In this document: positions 27,167 to 39,963 of the stretch, piece by piece
How the letters are laid out: each line of letters starts with the position of its first letter
How positions within the stretch are numbered: the stretch's first letter is position 1
DNA from: Mobula hypostoma
Taxonomy: Eukaryota
Direction: 5' to 3'
Length of the DNA stretch: 64,000 bases
Assembly (NCBI RefSeq): GCF_963921235.1
Contig: NC_086097.1
Coordinates: 88,104,001 to 88,168,000, forward strand
Position numbers and translations under genes: made by a program
The notes under the pieces: generated by a model
Told to the model about the DNA's origin: nothing
Database searches by the model: none
What the model saw: the letters and a program-made list of their open reading frames with translations, nothing else

Positions 27167-27748
27167 AGTCTCTACCACATCATCTGAGTGTGTGGAGTGT
27201 GTATGTTCTCCCCGTGACTGCATGGGTTTCCTTCAGATAGCACTGAATTCCTTCCACATCCCAAGAACATGTGGGTTGGTTGGTTAATTGGGAACAGGAA
27301 GTTGTCTCTAGTGTCGTGAGGACTGGTAGAAACTGTGGGCTGTTGATGATAATGGAGTCAGAATGGTGGATTGTTCTGTGAACTGGCAGAGACAGTAAAC
27401 TGAAAATGTTGTAAAGATGGTATAAAGCTGAAAATATTTTAACACACATCAATAATTGGTAAATTCTAAATCTACTCATTTAATCCCTTTGCTTTTCTCC
27501 ACTAAAATTAATGAATGATATTTTCTTATGCCATTGATAAGGTGGTTAAAGATTTTTTTAAGTGGTGCTGAAGAATGGCTGAAACGTCTCAGAGGGTTGG
27601 GTGGCAGAATATGGAATCCGGTGTAGTCATGGCTTTGCTAGTGACCCCTACTTGCAAGTTCCTTTCATTTAAATGCTGAACTTGCTGGCACTTAATAATA
27701 GAAACATTCTGCTTGTTGTACATATCTTCACTCTTCTGATTTACTCAC

Positions 27749-30700
27749 TGATGCACCATCAATAACTCCAAAAGACTGGAAGTAGAGTTAATACTGAAAG
27801 GCTTTTATTAGCAGTAAAATGAGACCTCCACCATGCTGAGTATCTGCCCCTGGACTGAGGAGGAGGAGCAATGGCGCAATCGCCTTTATTCGGGGTGCGT
27901 GGGAGGAGCCGCAGGAACAGTCAGCAGAGGGGCGTGTCCAGACAGGTAACCCAGTTACAACATATATATATATATATATATGGCTTACCACATTCACCCC
28001 TCCTTTTTTTAAAAGAGTCCCGCAGGGTGAAGTGACCGACAATATTTAAAACAAGTATATTTGCAGGTCAAGTCTATCAGGCAGTCGGGTCCGTCGCTGT
28101 GATCTACGTAGCACCGGTGGTGATTGCACTGGCAACGGTGGTTGTGCTGGCTCCGGCCTGACTTGAGGTGTCAGCACGTTAGGCGTCGGTAATCCCTCGT
28201 GCGTGTGCGTCGCGCCCGGTATGGGAGTGTCGTGTGGTGCCTATGTAGGGCTTGGAGTGCGCGGTGTCTCGTGGGTATATATATCAGTGGATACAGGGTT
28301 AATAGTCACCATGGAGTGTTCAGGGTAGGGGCCCGGTGCTCCTGCGGGCGCCAGGTCGCGGATGGACACTGTGTCCTCCCACCCATCAGGAAAAACCACG
28401 TAGGCATACTGGGGGTTTGCATGAAGTAAGTGAACCCTCTCGACCATCTGGGAGTATTTATTGCTCCTCGCATGTTTCCGGAGCAGCATTGGCCCCGGGG
28501 ACGTCAGCCATGTTGGTAGGGAGGTCCCAGTGGTCGATTTTCTGGGAAAAGAAAAGAGCCGCTCATGAGGGGTGGCATTGGTGGCTGTGCATAACAGGGA
28601 GTGGATGGAGTGGAGAGCCTCGGGAAGGACCTCCTGCCAGCGGGAGACCAGCAGTCCCTTTGACCTGAGGGCTAAGAGTGTGGCTTCCACACCATGGCAT
28701 TCTCCTTCTCCACCTGTCCATTCCCCCAGGGATTACAGCTTGTGGTCCTACTAGTTGCAACTGCCCTAGCCAGCAGGTACTGGCGCAGCTCGTCACTCAT
28801 AAACGAGGACCCTCTGTCACATGTGGACATAGCATGGGTATCCGAACAAAGTGAAGAGCTTGCGCAGGGCTTTTATAACTGACGTGGTAGTGGTGTCGGG
28901 GCAGGGGATGGCAAAGGGGAACCGCGAGTACTCATCAATAACGTTAAGAAAGTACACATTGCGGTCAGTGGAGGAAAGGGGGGCCTTAAAGTCAACACTC
29001 AGTCCCTCAAAGGGGCGGGTGGCCTTGATGAGTGGTGCCTTTTCGGGTCAGTAGAAGTGCGGTTTGCACTCTGCGCAGACTTGGCAGTCCCTGGTCATCA
29101 TCCTGATCTCCTCAAGGGAGTAAGGCAGGTTCCGGGCTTTCACGAAGTGGAAAAGCCGGGTGATCCCTGGGTGGCAAAGATCTGTATGTAGGGCGTATAG
29201 CTGGTCGATCTGTGCGCTGGCACATGTTCCCCGGAATAGGGCATCGGAGGGCTCGTTGAGTTTCCCAGGCCTGTGCATGACGTCATAGTTGAAGGTGGAG
29301 AGTTCGATTCTCCACCTCAGAATTTTATCATTTTTGGTTTTGCCTCGCTGGTGGTTACTAAACATGAATGCGACTGAGTGCTGGTCAGTCAGCAGGGTGA
29401 ACTTTTTCCCAGCGAGATAGTGCCTCCAGTGCCTAGTAGCTTCCACTATGGCCTGGGCTTCTTTCTCCACCATGGAGTGCTGAATTTCAGGGCCTTGAGA
29501 AGAAGGGTACGGGAAAAGAACGCCACCGGTCTTCCCGCCTGGTTGAGGGTAGCAGCCAGTGCAAAGTCGGAGGCGTCACTCTCTACTTGGAAGGGAATGG
29601 CCTCATCCACCGCATGCATTGCTGCTTTGGCAATGTCCCCTTTAATGCAGCTGAAGGCCGTGCGGGCCTCGGCTGAGAGGGGGAATGTGGTGGACTTGAC
29701 CAGGAGGCGGGCCTTGTCTGCGTAGTTAGAGACCCATTGGGCGTAATATGAAAAGAAGCCCAGGCACCTTTTGAGGGCTCTGAGGGTGTTGGGAAGAGGG
29801 AGTTCCAACAAGGGGCGCATACGGTCAGGGTCAGGGCCAATGACTCCGTTCTCCACGACACACCCAAGGATAGCAAGTCGGGTGGTCCCAAATACACACT
29901 TGTCCTTGTTATAGGTGACATTGAAAGATTTGGCTACTTGGCAAAATTTTTGGAGGTTGTTATCGTGATCCTGCCGGTCGTGACCGCAGATGGTGGTGTT
30001 ATCCAGATATGGGAATGTGGCCTTCAGTTGGCACTGGTCCACCATCCGGTCCATTGCCCTCTGAAAGACAGATACACCATTCGTGACACTGAAGGGGACG
30101 CGCAGGAAGTGATAAAGCCTGCCATCTGCCTTGAAGGCGGTGTAGGGGTGGTCCTCCTGGTGGATGGGGAGCTGATGGTAAGCGGATTTTAGGTCTATGG
30201 TCGAGTACACCTTGTACTTTGCTATCTGATTGACCATATCCGCGATGCGGGGTAGAGGGTACATATCGAGCTGTGTGAACCTATTGATGGTATGGCTATA
30301 GTCCACGACCATCCTATTTTTCTCCCCGTTCCGAACAACGACCACCTGCGCCCTCCAAGGACTTGTGCTTGCCTCAGTGACCCCCTCCCTGAGCAGCCGC
30401 TGCACCTCCGACTTAATGAAGGCTCTGTCCCCCGCGCTGTACCTCCTGCTTTTAGTTGCCACAGGTTTACAGTCGGGGGTCAGGTTGGCGGACAGCGGTG
30501 GGGGAGGGATCTTGAGGGTGGAGAGGCCACAAGTGGTGTCGGTAGTGTGGCAGTTGGCATGGTGTTGGGTGGGATGTGCGGGGGGTCGGTGGGTGTGGGT
30601 GGTCAGTACCGGGGTATGTGACGTATTCCTACAAAACAGGGGATTTATGACAGTAATTGGCAGGAGGGGCCCATCATACTTCATTGTCTCGCTTTTCAGG

Positions 30701-32246
30701 TGGCTCTGGAAGTCGAGCCCCAATACCACAGGGGCACACAGTTGAGGCATGACCAGTAACGTAAAGTCTCGATATTCTGTGCCCTGCACCACTAGCGTCA
30801 CTACACAACCCCCCCGGATGTCTGTTGTATGCGACCCGGAAGCCATGGCAACCCTCTGACTTACTGGCTGTATTGTGAGTCTGCAATGCTGCACCACGTC
30901 TGGGTGGATAAAACTCTCCGTGCTGCCTGTGTCAAACAGGCAGCTTGTCCTGCGCCCCTCAACCAGGATGTCCATCATTGACCTTGCAAGCTGGTGGGGA
31001 GCGCTTTGGTCGAGGGTCATGGAGGCCAGGGTTGAGTAGTTGTCTTGGTCTGGCACGGTGGGGTGCCCTGTGAGCACCCGTGGGTCATAGGCGGTGGGAG
31101 GTGGTGCTGACCAAGATGGCCGCCACCATGTCTTGCACGTGGTGGCGGCGTGCAGAGAAGATGGTGACCCCCATGTCTCGCACGTGGTGGCGGCGTGCAG
31201 GGAAGATGGCGACCCCCATGTCTCGCACGTGGTGTTAATTGATCCTGCTCGTGGTTTGGACTTACAGACCTTGGCGAAGTGGCCCTTCTTTCCGCAGCTG
31301 GAGCAGGTAGCTTCTCCGGCCAGGCAGTGTTTCCGGGGGTACTTCTCGAGTCTGCAGAAGTAGCACTTCGCAGACTGGCGACTGGCAGCAGCTGAGGTCG
31401 GTTCGCCGGCGGGTTGTGGGATCTGCAGCGCCCACGAGGCCATTGGGGTTTGTGTGCCGGGAGAGCCTCAGAGTTGTGCAGAGCGGCCTCCAGCGTATCG
31501 GCCAGCTCAATCGCCAAACGTAAGGTAAGATCAGCTTTTTCCAATAGCTGCTGGCGCAAATACACTGACCTGGTCCCCGTGACGAAGGTGTCTCTCACTA
31601 GGAGCTCCGCATGCTCTTCTGCCGTCAGTTCTTGGCAGCCGCAGGTCCGCACGAGTGTCTGCAGTGCCCGGACAAACTCAGCACTCGACTCCCCGGGCCA
31701 CTGGTGCCGTGTCGCTAAGCTATGCCGCACATAGATGGTGTTTACCGGCTGCGGGTATTGTCCTTTGAGGGCGCTCATCGCGCCGTCGTAGCTTGACTGG
31801 TCTCTGATCATCGAGTAGACCCGTGGACTGACCCTGGAGAGGAGAACTCTGCAGTTGGTGATGGACTCGGTCGCTTTAATCTCCTCTAGGTATGATTCGA
31901 AGCAGGCCAGCCAGAGTTCAAAAGCATTTCCAGCTTCAGGTGTTTGCGGGTCGAGATCTAACTTATCGGGTCTCGGACCACGTTTCATGCTTTAAAATTA
32001 CTGTTAATAAAATTGATGCACCATCAATAACTCCAAAAGACTGGAAGTAGAGTAAATACTGAAAGGCTTTTATTAACAGTAAAACGTGACCTCCACAGTG
32101 CTGAGTATCTGCCCCTGGACTGAGAGGAGGAGCAGTGACACAATCGCCTTTATTCAGGGTCTGTGGGAGGAGCCACAGGAGCAGTCAGTAGAGGGGCGTG
32201 TCCAGACAGGTAACCCAGTTACAACATATATATATAGTTTACCACA
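27749..32246 (-). mobile_element. Compact (4.5-kb) Gypsy LTR retrotransposon, full length
   Basis: LTRs at 27749-27992 and 32014-32246. PPT right after 27992. Five-bp TSD CTCAC/CCCAC. gag at 31017-31988, then knuckle CSSCGKKGHFAKVC, PR LFDTGS, RT YLDN, RNase H ESDASD and IN H..LCHPG...CQVC. Confidence 0.96.
29446..31443 (-). pseudogene. Gypsy gag-end/PR/RT/RNase H ORF (665 aa)
   Basis: ORF track shows CCHC, DTGS, SPWRAQVVVV, YPLPRI, IDLKSAYHQ and YLDN, in which the second catalytic D is changed to N. Confidence 0.92.
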
Positions 32247-32589
32247 CCCACTTTAGCTCTGTAGTTGTCAATGCCTTGGAGATTCAAGTACTTGTCTTGA
32301 TGCCTCTTAAATGTCCTAAGAGTGGACTGCCAGAGATTCTGTGTACAACCACACAAGCATTTCCCCACAAAAATGTGCCCCATTGTGAAACCAGTATATG
32401 GTGACGCAGGAAGAGACAGACTGCCTCTCCTTTGAAACATAATTGCATTTCTGATGACAGGACTCCAGCATCAGAGTCTTGGAAGCTGCCACTGTCCAGA
32501 AAATTGGAGCAGACACATAAATATAACTAGAAGACATCATTTGTCACCCAGTCGCCCAGTCACCTTGCTTTCTGTTATTGTATTGTGCT

Positions 32590-33190
32590 CATTTCTGCTC
32601 ACTCATCCATAGGAAGGATGTCATTAAGTTGGAAAAGGTGCAGCAAAGATTCATGAGGATATTACCGGGAGCGGAAGGCTGGATCAGTTGGAACTGTTTT
32701 CCCTGGAGTAAAGCAGACTGAACAGTGTGAATAGACAATTTATAAAGTGACCTTTATAGAATCAGATAAAGCAGTAGGAATGGCATAGATAAGGTCGTGG
32801 CCTATTTCCCAGCATAGGGGAGTCTAACCTAGAGAGCATAGGTTTAAAGTGAGATGGATAAGAATTCAAAGGGATATGAGGGGCAACATTTTTACACAGT
32901 GGGTGGCGGGTAGGTGGTAACAGCTGCCATTAAAAGCTGTGGAGGTGGATGTAATAATATTGTTTACGAAAAGTATAACTCTGAAATGTTTGCACAGGTT
33001 CCCAAGCTGGGAACCACGGATCCTTTGTTTAATGGTATTGATCCATTGGCTTAAAAAAGGTTGGGAACCCCTGTTTTTGAGGGATAGAGGCCAAAGGCAA
33101 GTAAATGGGATGAGCTTGGTTCGAAATCTTGGTCAGCATGGATGAAATGGGCCCAAGGGCCAGTTTCTTGTCTGTATAACTCTGACTCTA
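32590..33190 (+). mobile_element. Old CR1 3' fragment with a nested ~80-bp MITE
   Basis: RKDVIKLEKVQQRF, FFTQWVAGRW and a CR1-like 3'UTR. Confidence 0.7.
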
Positions 33191-34648
33191 GCCAATAGAG
33201 TTTTTTTCTGACTTGATTAAATCTGTATTGACTTCAGTTTTGCCTAGGCTCTTGAATGTAACTTTCTGTTAAATTCATGTTGCCTCGGGAACTCAGCTGT
33301 GTTTTTTTTTAAACCTATGTTGAACCAAAGCTACAGATAAAGAATGGAGAAGGATGGTTATAGTAGACTCCAGCTGAGTATCAGTGAATGGGCTATTTGG
33401 TGAATAAATGCCTCATGATAGTACCCTCCAAGACACCTTCCATTCTTTTGCTGATGATTAAGAGCAAAATGACGATTGTGATCTGTGGCTGGATTAGTAT
33501 ATTGCTGCCTTTTCTAGACTTGTCTGCCTGTGCATTTTTCTATTGTTATGTCTATGCCAATGCTATAACGGCACTTTTAACAGCTTGGAGCATCTGCTGA
33601 TCTTCTCTTGTTTGTGATTTGTGTGTTGCTTGGATCTCCAGCATCTGCAAATTTTCTCTCCTTTGTGATTGGACAGACATGTGGCAGGTTCAGGAGCTTG
33701 TATTCCCCATGAAATCCAGTGCCCTTGGTATGATGCAGAGTGAATCAAATTGGGTGAACATTTGCCTATGCAAGTGGGAATTTCTGCAAAAGACTGAGAT
33801 CATCATATGTTCAACATTTTGGCCTAAAGGTCTTAGCAAAATTTTCAACATTGTGATTTACACTTGACCACCCAGTTCCTCTGTTAATGATAGGGATGAT
33901 TTACTGGTTACTTATCTGTCTATTAACGTCCTGGAATGGATGTGGCAGGTCTGTAGAGTCTTAATTTAACTTGTTGCTTGTGGAATTGCTTACCTCTGAC
34001 TCTTACACATTTCTTCCTTTGCCATTTGCCCTTTTCATTACGCTATGAACTCCTACTCTGAGAAGTGGGGAATATACTGGGCCCAAATGTTTGTGGAAGA
34101 GCTGCTCTTGATCACTCACATTTTCTAAAGGGTATTAAATCTGTTCTAAATCTATTCCATTTAACATGATGGTGGTGCCACACAACACAGTGGCAATAGC
34201 GTATTTCATTTTTTAAAAGAGAACTTTGTATTCATAATTACCAGGTATATTGCTGAGGCAGTATAGACTTGACCAGACTATAGGGCCTCCTACCATGTAA
34301 TAATGAAATATTAAATGTAGCTTGTTTTCTACTTCTTACTGGTGCTGTGCTCACAAAATGTTTCACAACTATCAACAATTAACAAGGAACCTAGATTATT
34401 CCAAACCTTGAATGTATGGGGCATTAACATTTAATAATTAATTTTAGTCTGCCAAAATATTCGTCTGTGGCTTATTACACTTAAAGCATACCAAAGGAAA
34501 AGATGAACTAATTGGAAGCATTATTTTACAGACAGTATTTCACCTTTGGACTAAATAAATTTATTCATTGCAGTAGGGCTATGAATAATTGAATATTGTC
34601 GGTATTAAACTTATACTGGTCAATATAATTAAGATAGAAATCTTTCAG

Positions 34649-35082
34649 ATGCAACAAATTTCAGAGCCAGTTTTGCTTTTAAGAACTCTGCAGATTCTAA
34701 CTACCAAGGTTGTATTATCAAGGGATGAAATGAAAATCAACCGAGTGGAGTGATTGATGGAGGAAAACACAAGGTCAAAAAACAAACATAGCAGTTGATT
34801 ACCATTTTCACCTCTAGGACACAATATGTGAAAGCGCTCACTGAATTCTGGATTATCCATTTTAACAGCATTTACTGATTTACCACAATCTCCCATGTAA
34901 TGTCTACTCCCATTAGCAACCCTATCATCTCAGAGTGTTTTTTTTCCCAATTATTTCAAAAATCTATTTCAGAAGATTCTGAAACAGAACGAAGTGTAAA
35001 TGATAAGTGCTCTTGACTTGTCAGATATTTAAATGAAAATGCCTTTTGTGTTGAAGAAGTTCAGCTTTTTATTACAAAATAA
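34649..35082 (+). pseudogene. Endogenous paramyxovirus-like nucleoprotein (N), N-terminal remnant
   Basis: One frame of 144 codons with four internal stops: ATNFRASFAFKNSAD...SGVIDGGKHKV...HVMSTPISNPIISECFFSQL. Compare measles N ATLLRSLALFKRNKD...GGAIRGIKHII...RLIGNPDVSGPKLTGALIGIL (recalled, aligned by eye). Confidence 0.6.
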
Positions 35083-35259
35083 AGACTGGACACAAAATTC
35101 AGATGCATGCAATATGAAAACAGGCCATTCAGCCCATCATATCCACACTAACCTGTAGGTACCATCTTCTTTGAGATTCTTATTTATTTATTTTTCAGGA
35201 TCTGTATATCACTGGTAGGGCAGAATTTATTGCTCTCCCTTTATTGGTCTCAAGAACAG

Positions 35260-36210
35260 AGTGATGAGCTGCCCCAAGACCTATTGTGATCTATCCCAGG
35301 TTATTGATAAAGCCAAGAGAGGAGATTGCAGAGGTCTTTGTATCCACTTTAGCCATACGAGATGTCCCAAGAACTGGAGAACAGCAAACACTGTTCCTTT
35401 GTTGAAGAAAGATAATGGGGATAATAGGCCTTACATCAGTTGTAGTGAATTTATTGGAAAATATTTTAATGGCTAGGATCTACTCACATCTGGAGAAAAC
35501 ATTGATTTACCAGGGAGAGTCAGCATGGTTCTGTGAGGAGAAGGTCATGTCTTACAAACTTGAGATTTTTGAGGGGTGGCAAGGATGATTGAGGGTAGGG
35601 AAGTAGATGTTGTATGAAGAGTCTTTTATAAAACAGTTGTCATGGTCCCTTATAGTAGACTGATCCAGAATATTAAGGCATATGTAATCCACAGGGATTT
35701 GGTAGATTCCCTACTAAATTGGCTTTATGTGGAATATCAGGTGGAAGGTTTTTATTCTTACTAGAGGTATATGACCAGTGGTGTTTCACAGGGATCAGTG
35801 CTGGGACCTCTGTTGTTTGTGTTTGTAGATAAATGATTTGGATAAAAATGTAGATGTAAATTGGTTGTCTGGAGAAGACAAATCTCACAGTTGAATACTG
35901 CAAACATACTTTGATAATAAATATACCTTGAACCTCGAGAGGATACAAGAATTGGCGGAGCTGTGGATATGGAGGAAGATTGTCAAATGATATAGCAGGA
36001 TATTGATCAACTGTAAATATCAGCAGAGAAAGGGCAAATGGAGTTTAATTCAGGCAAGTGTGAGATGTTCAATTTTGGGAGGTCAAATGTAAGAGTAAAG
36101 CATATGGTTAATAGCTAGGCACTTAGCAGCAAAGATATGCAGAGGGATTGTGGGGTGCAAGTCCATAGCTCTCCAAAAGTGGCAACACAACTTGATTAGG
36201 TGGTAAAGAA
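35260..36210 (+). mobile_element. CR1 RT fragment interrupting the N remnant
   Basis: CPKNWRTANTVPLLKK, SQHGSVRRRSCLTNL, GVSQGSVLGPLL and QMEFNSGKCE. Confidence 0.85.
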
Positions 36211-36319
36211 GATCACCCCCAGAGCAACCCTCCAAATTATACAGCATGATTTTCTGAATGCCATGTTAAATTATAGTCCTTCATTTTAAAACTAAAAATA
36301 GGTAAGATTTTTACGATTT

Positions 36320-36810
36320 CCAAATGATGGATTTTGGCACAGGTTAATTCTTACATCTCAAGCAATATCTAAAGGAAAATTCGCTGGTCATTGTCCCCAT
36401 ATAAGTTTTCACCTTATTCAGTGTCAGGAAAGCTAGAAGTGTATTGAACCATAGAGATTTACTTATTTAATTTAAACATGGAAAATGAGTAAGTAAAGTA
36501 GAAGTAACTTAAAAAGTCATAAGGAATTCTAATTAGTTGGAAATTTACACATATGATTCAAACCTAATATGCACTGCATCCTATATTGCAGTGCTTCAGA
36601 CATTTAGCAAGAAAGAAACAATACTTTGGACAGCTTATCATTGCCAGATTAACTAAAATGAACCAAGCCTTGATAATTAGGAATCGGAGATTCGACACAC
36701 CATAAAGCTGATAGAAATGAAAGGATGCCAAGAAAGTTGGAACTATGAGGAGTTCTGTATATTGTAGTGGAGCTCTTGTATATCCTAGAGAACCATAATA
36801 GTCCTTAAAA
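36320..36810 (+). pseudogene. Endogenous paramyxovirus-like N, core/C-terminal remnant
   Basis: ILAQVNSYI (36332), TASYIAVLQ-TFSKKETILWT (36573-36632) and KMNQALIIRNRRFD. Compare measles MICDIDTYI, TAPYMVILE...KFSAGSYPLLWS and SMGGLNFGRSYFD. Several frameshifts are needed. Confidence 0.45.
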
Positions 36811-39800
36811 TAAAAGTGAATGTGAAGCAATAACCACGCTATGTATTTTACTTTGGAAGCTTTTAGGAAAACCAAAATATATTAATTGTTTGTCATTTGA
36901 TACAATATTATATAAAATTCACATGCAACCGTAACTGGCAGAAGCTACTAGATTCATGACTACCTATATGAATATACCAGAAGTTAACTTGCTTTAGTAT
37001 TAATGGTAAGTACTTACTGTTTCACGATTATTCCCACGGCCAGTTCCCTACCATTTGCAATTACACTTGTAACCTTGTCAGCCTTAGTATTGTTATTATT
37101 CTGTCAATTCAAATATTTACTGTCATACTGAGCAATTTTTTTTAAAAAATGAGGGTCTCCTTACAGTAAACTGGCACTAGAAATCATTAATGAGACTGAT
37201 ATTAAAATTCATTAGTCATCAAAGTATTTTCATAATCGTAGTGAAAAGTTCCATTATTTTTCTGTAACTAACTGTGATCATTTATAGGAGCCCACTGAAA
37301 TAAAATTATAGTATTGGTGTCCTGTCTTTCATTGCCAATACATCAATTTTTCTATGCGGTAATAATGAAGCTTCCCATTCAGATATTGATATTTAAAGCT
37401 GTAGTGCAGATAGACCAGAAGAAGGGTCTCAACCTGAAATGTGGATGTCCATTTCCCCCCACAGATGTTGTCTGACCCATTGAATTCCTGCAGTATTTTG
37501 TTTGTTGCTCTGGATCCCAGCATTTCAAGATTAAAGATTGTTTATTGTCAGTCATCAGTACACAAGTGTAAAGGAGAACAAAATGATGGTTACTCCAGAT
37601 TTGATGCAGCATATAAAACATAAATAACACAAAAACACAATAAATACATATGTTTTACTTATATATAGTACATAGACTGATCGTATGTACATAGAGTGAC
37701 ACTAGGTAAAGGAGTATCTGTATATAAGGTGTCTGTGGCAGGACATGATAAAGTAGTAGTGCTCGTGAGAGTGGTGGGTTGGGTTAATGGGTGGATGGGT
37801 TCATTGATCAATCTTGAGGGAAGTAATCGAATTTGAATTTTCAGTCTCTTGTGTCTCCATACTCACAGAGTTAGTCCTTATGTGGCTTTCACCTCAGCAG
37901 GGGAGACTTCTGCCAGTCTTGAAAATTCCCTTCCTGAGCCTGGTCAAAGTTCTGATCCCTGCATCATGATCTTGGCTGCTTTCTCGATCCTGTTGGCTCA
38001 CTTTAGAGATGCAGAGTTGAGGTAGCAGGAAGGAATTTATAGCCTGAAGATCTTGAGAAGATTTTTTTGCCGCTTAGAAAATTGAATGTGGTCTGTGGAT
38101 AGCTGTGTTTTAAAACTGTTTGAATATTGCTAGATTATTCTCGAGGCCTTTCTGTGGATCTCTCAGTGTTGGAGAGCTGGGATTAACAAGTCACTGAAAC
38201 CAGCACTGCATGAATGCATGGTAATGCACAGTAACAGCCTCTCCCACCTCCACCACCATAGAAACACAGCCAAGAGAAAACTGCAGAGATCTACAGGGCA
38301 CCCAGAACTTCACATTCAAACATACTCGGATGAGCACGTTCCCAATAAGTTTGTACCAATCACCAAGTACCATTATTCTGCAGTAATCCTGTATTTACAG
38401 TATCTTCTCCCCACTTTCCCATCAGTTTCACTACCCCCCCACCACCCCGACAAATATAATATTTCTCACCTATACACGAGGGTACATTTACAGTGATCAA
38501 TTAACCCACTGACATGAATACGTTTGGAATATGAAAGAGTGGAGTATCCAGAGGAAACCTATAGGTCATAGGTCAGAATTTAACCTAGGCGACTGACCTC
38601 TGAAGTTGTTTCTGTGAAGCTGGCACTGTCTTTCTTTGACCTCATGAGTTTACTCTGGCTGCTCTTGTTTCCTTCACCCCAAAGTTACGGTGGGGGCCAG
38701 ATTAATTTGGTTACTGTCAACTGTCCCTGGTGTAGGTGAGCGGCAGGGATAAACAGATGGGTGTTAACTAGTGTGTGTGAAGGAATAGGTTTGGGGATAA
38801 TAACTAGCAGAATGGGGCCCATGGATTTTCTGTGACACTCCACTTGAATGTGGTAAGTAAATACTATATAAAGCAACAACATTTCTGAGATTGGAGTGGA
38901 AGAAAGAATGGCTTGAGGAGCAGGGTTGGATACAGTAGTTTTGTTTTACAGGAACCAATAGAGGAGAATAGGGAGGTTTGAACTAAATTGGCACACATGA
39001 AATAAAGACCTGGAATCAGGTGATCAGAAGCTGTCTTGAGAGTTTGCGTATGTTGGGTCTGACTGGGGCATGGGTCAAAAAAGTGAACGTAGACTCAAAG
39101 AACATTTATTATCAAAGTACGTATGTAGTACATAACCCTGAGATTTGTCCTCTCACAAACAGCTGCGAAACAAAGAAAACGCTGGAACCCATTCAAAGCA
39201 TCAAATCCCCTCACACACTCAAAGGGCAAAAGCAAAAATGGAGTGAAAAATACAGAATATAAAACGCAAACTTGAAAGAGTCTCGGAATATTCAGTTCAG
39301 TTCAATCTAGCGCTGTGTTGTTCATTATCTGCAGGCTGCCCCAATCAAAATTCCCCAAAATACCAACAAAAAAAGGAAGCGACCAGAAGCACAACGTAAC
39401 ATGTACTACAGAGTCCAATCAACAAACCACATCGATTAACCCTTACCCAAGACCCAGGACTCCAGCACAATCCTCAAGCAGCATCAAGAGAGAGAACGCC
39501 ACACACAGACACTTTCTTCCAACAGCAGCAAATGAGAGGTTGCTAGACGGCGCTGGACTCTCACTTGCCTTCACTCTCACCCTGGTGATTTCAACCTTCC
39601 TCAAGATTTTAATCGGCGGGAGATGGAGTCAATCATGTGTCCTTGCCTGTTTCCTGACTTCTTAGCCTCGAAGACGCTTCGCTCAAAACCTCACTGAACA
39701 CCCTTGGAGACAGCAAAGCGCTAGATCGCTCAATCAAGATGTAGATCATAGGTTCCAACGGTAGCAGAACCACTTTTGAAAGAAAAAGAAGTGAAAGAAG

Positions 39801-39963
39801 TAGTTTTGGGAACCACCTGGAGGATGGCATCCTTGGTCAGGTTGTTTACTGGCACCATCTTCTTCCAGTCAGTGTTTGTGAATGAGCAAAAACTTACTAA
39901 ATACCGAGTGGATTCTCATTTATTAGATTTCAAACATTTTGAATAAATGTTACTTTTGATTTG

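Noticed and set aside
36850..39900. Expected position of the P/V/C gene
   Set aside because: The interval is mostly SINE/LINE fragments. I saw no V zinc finger or editing site, and P is too divergent to call by eye.
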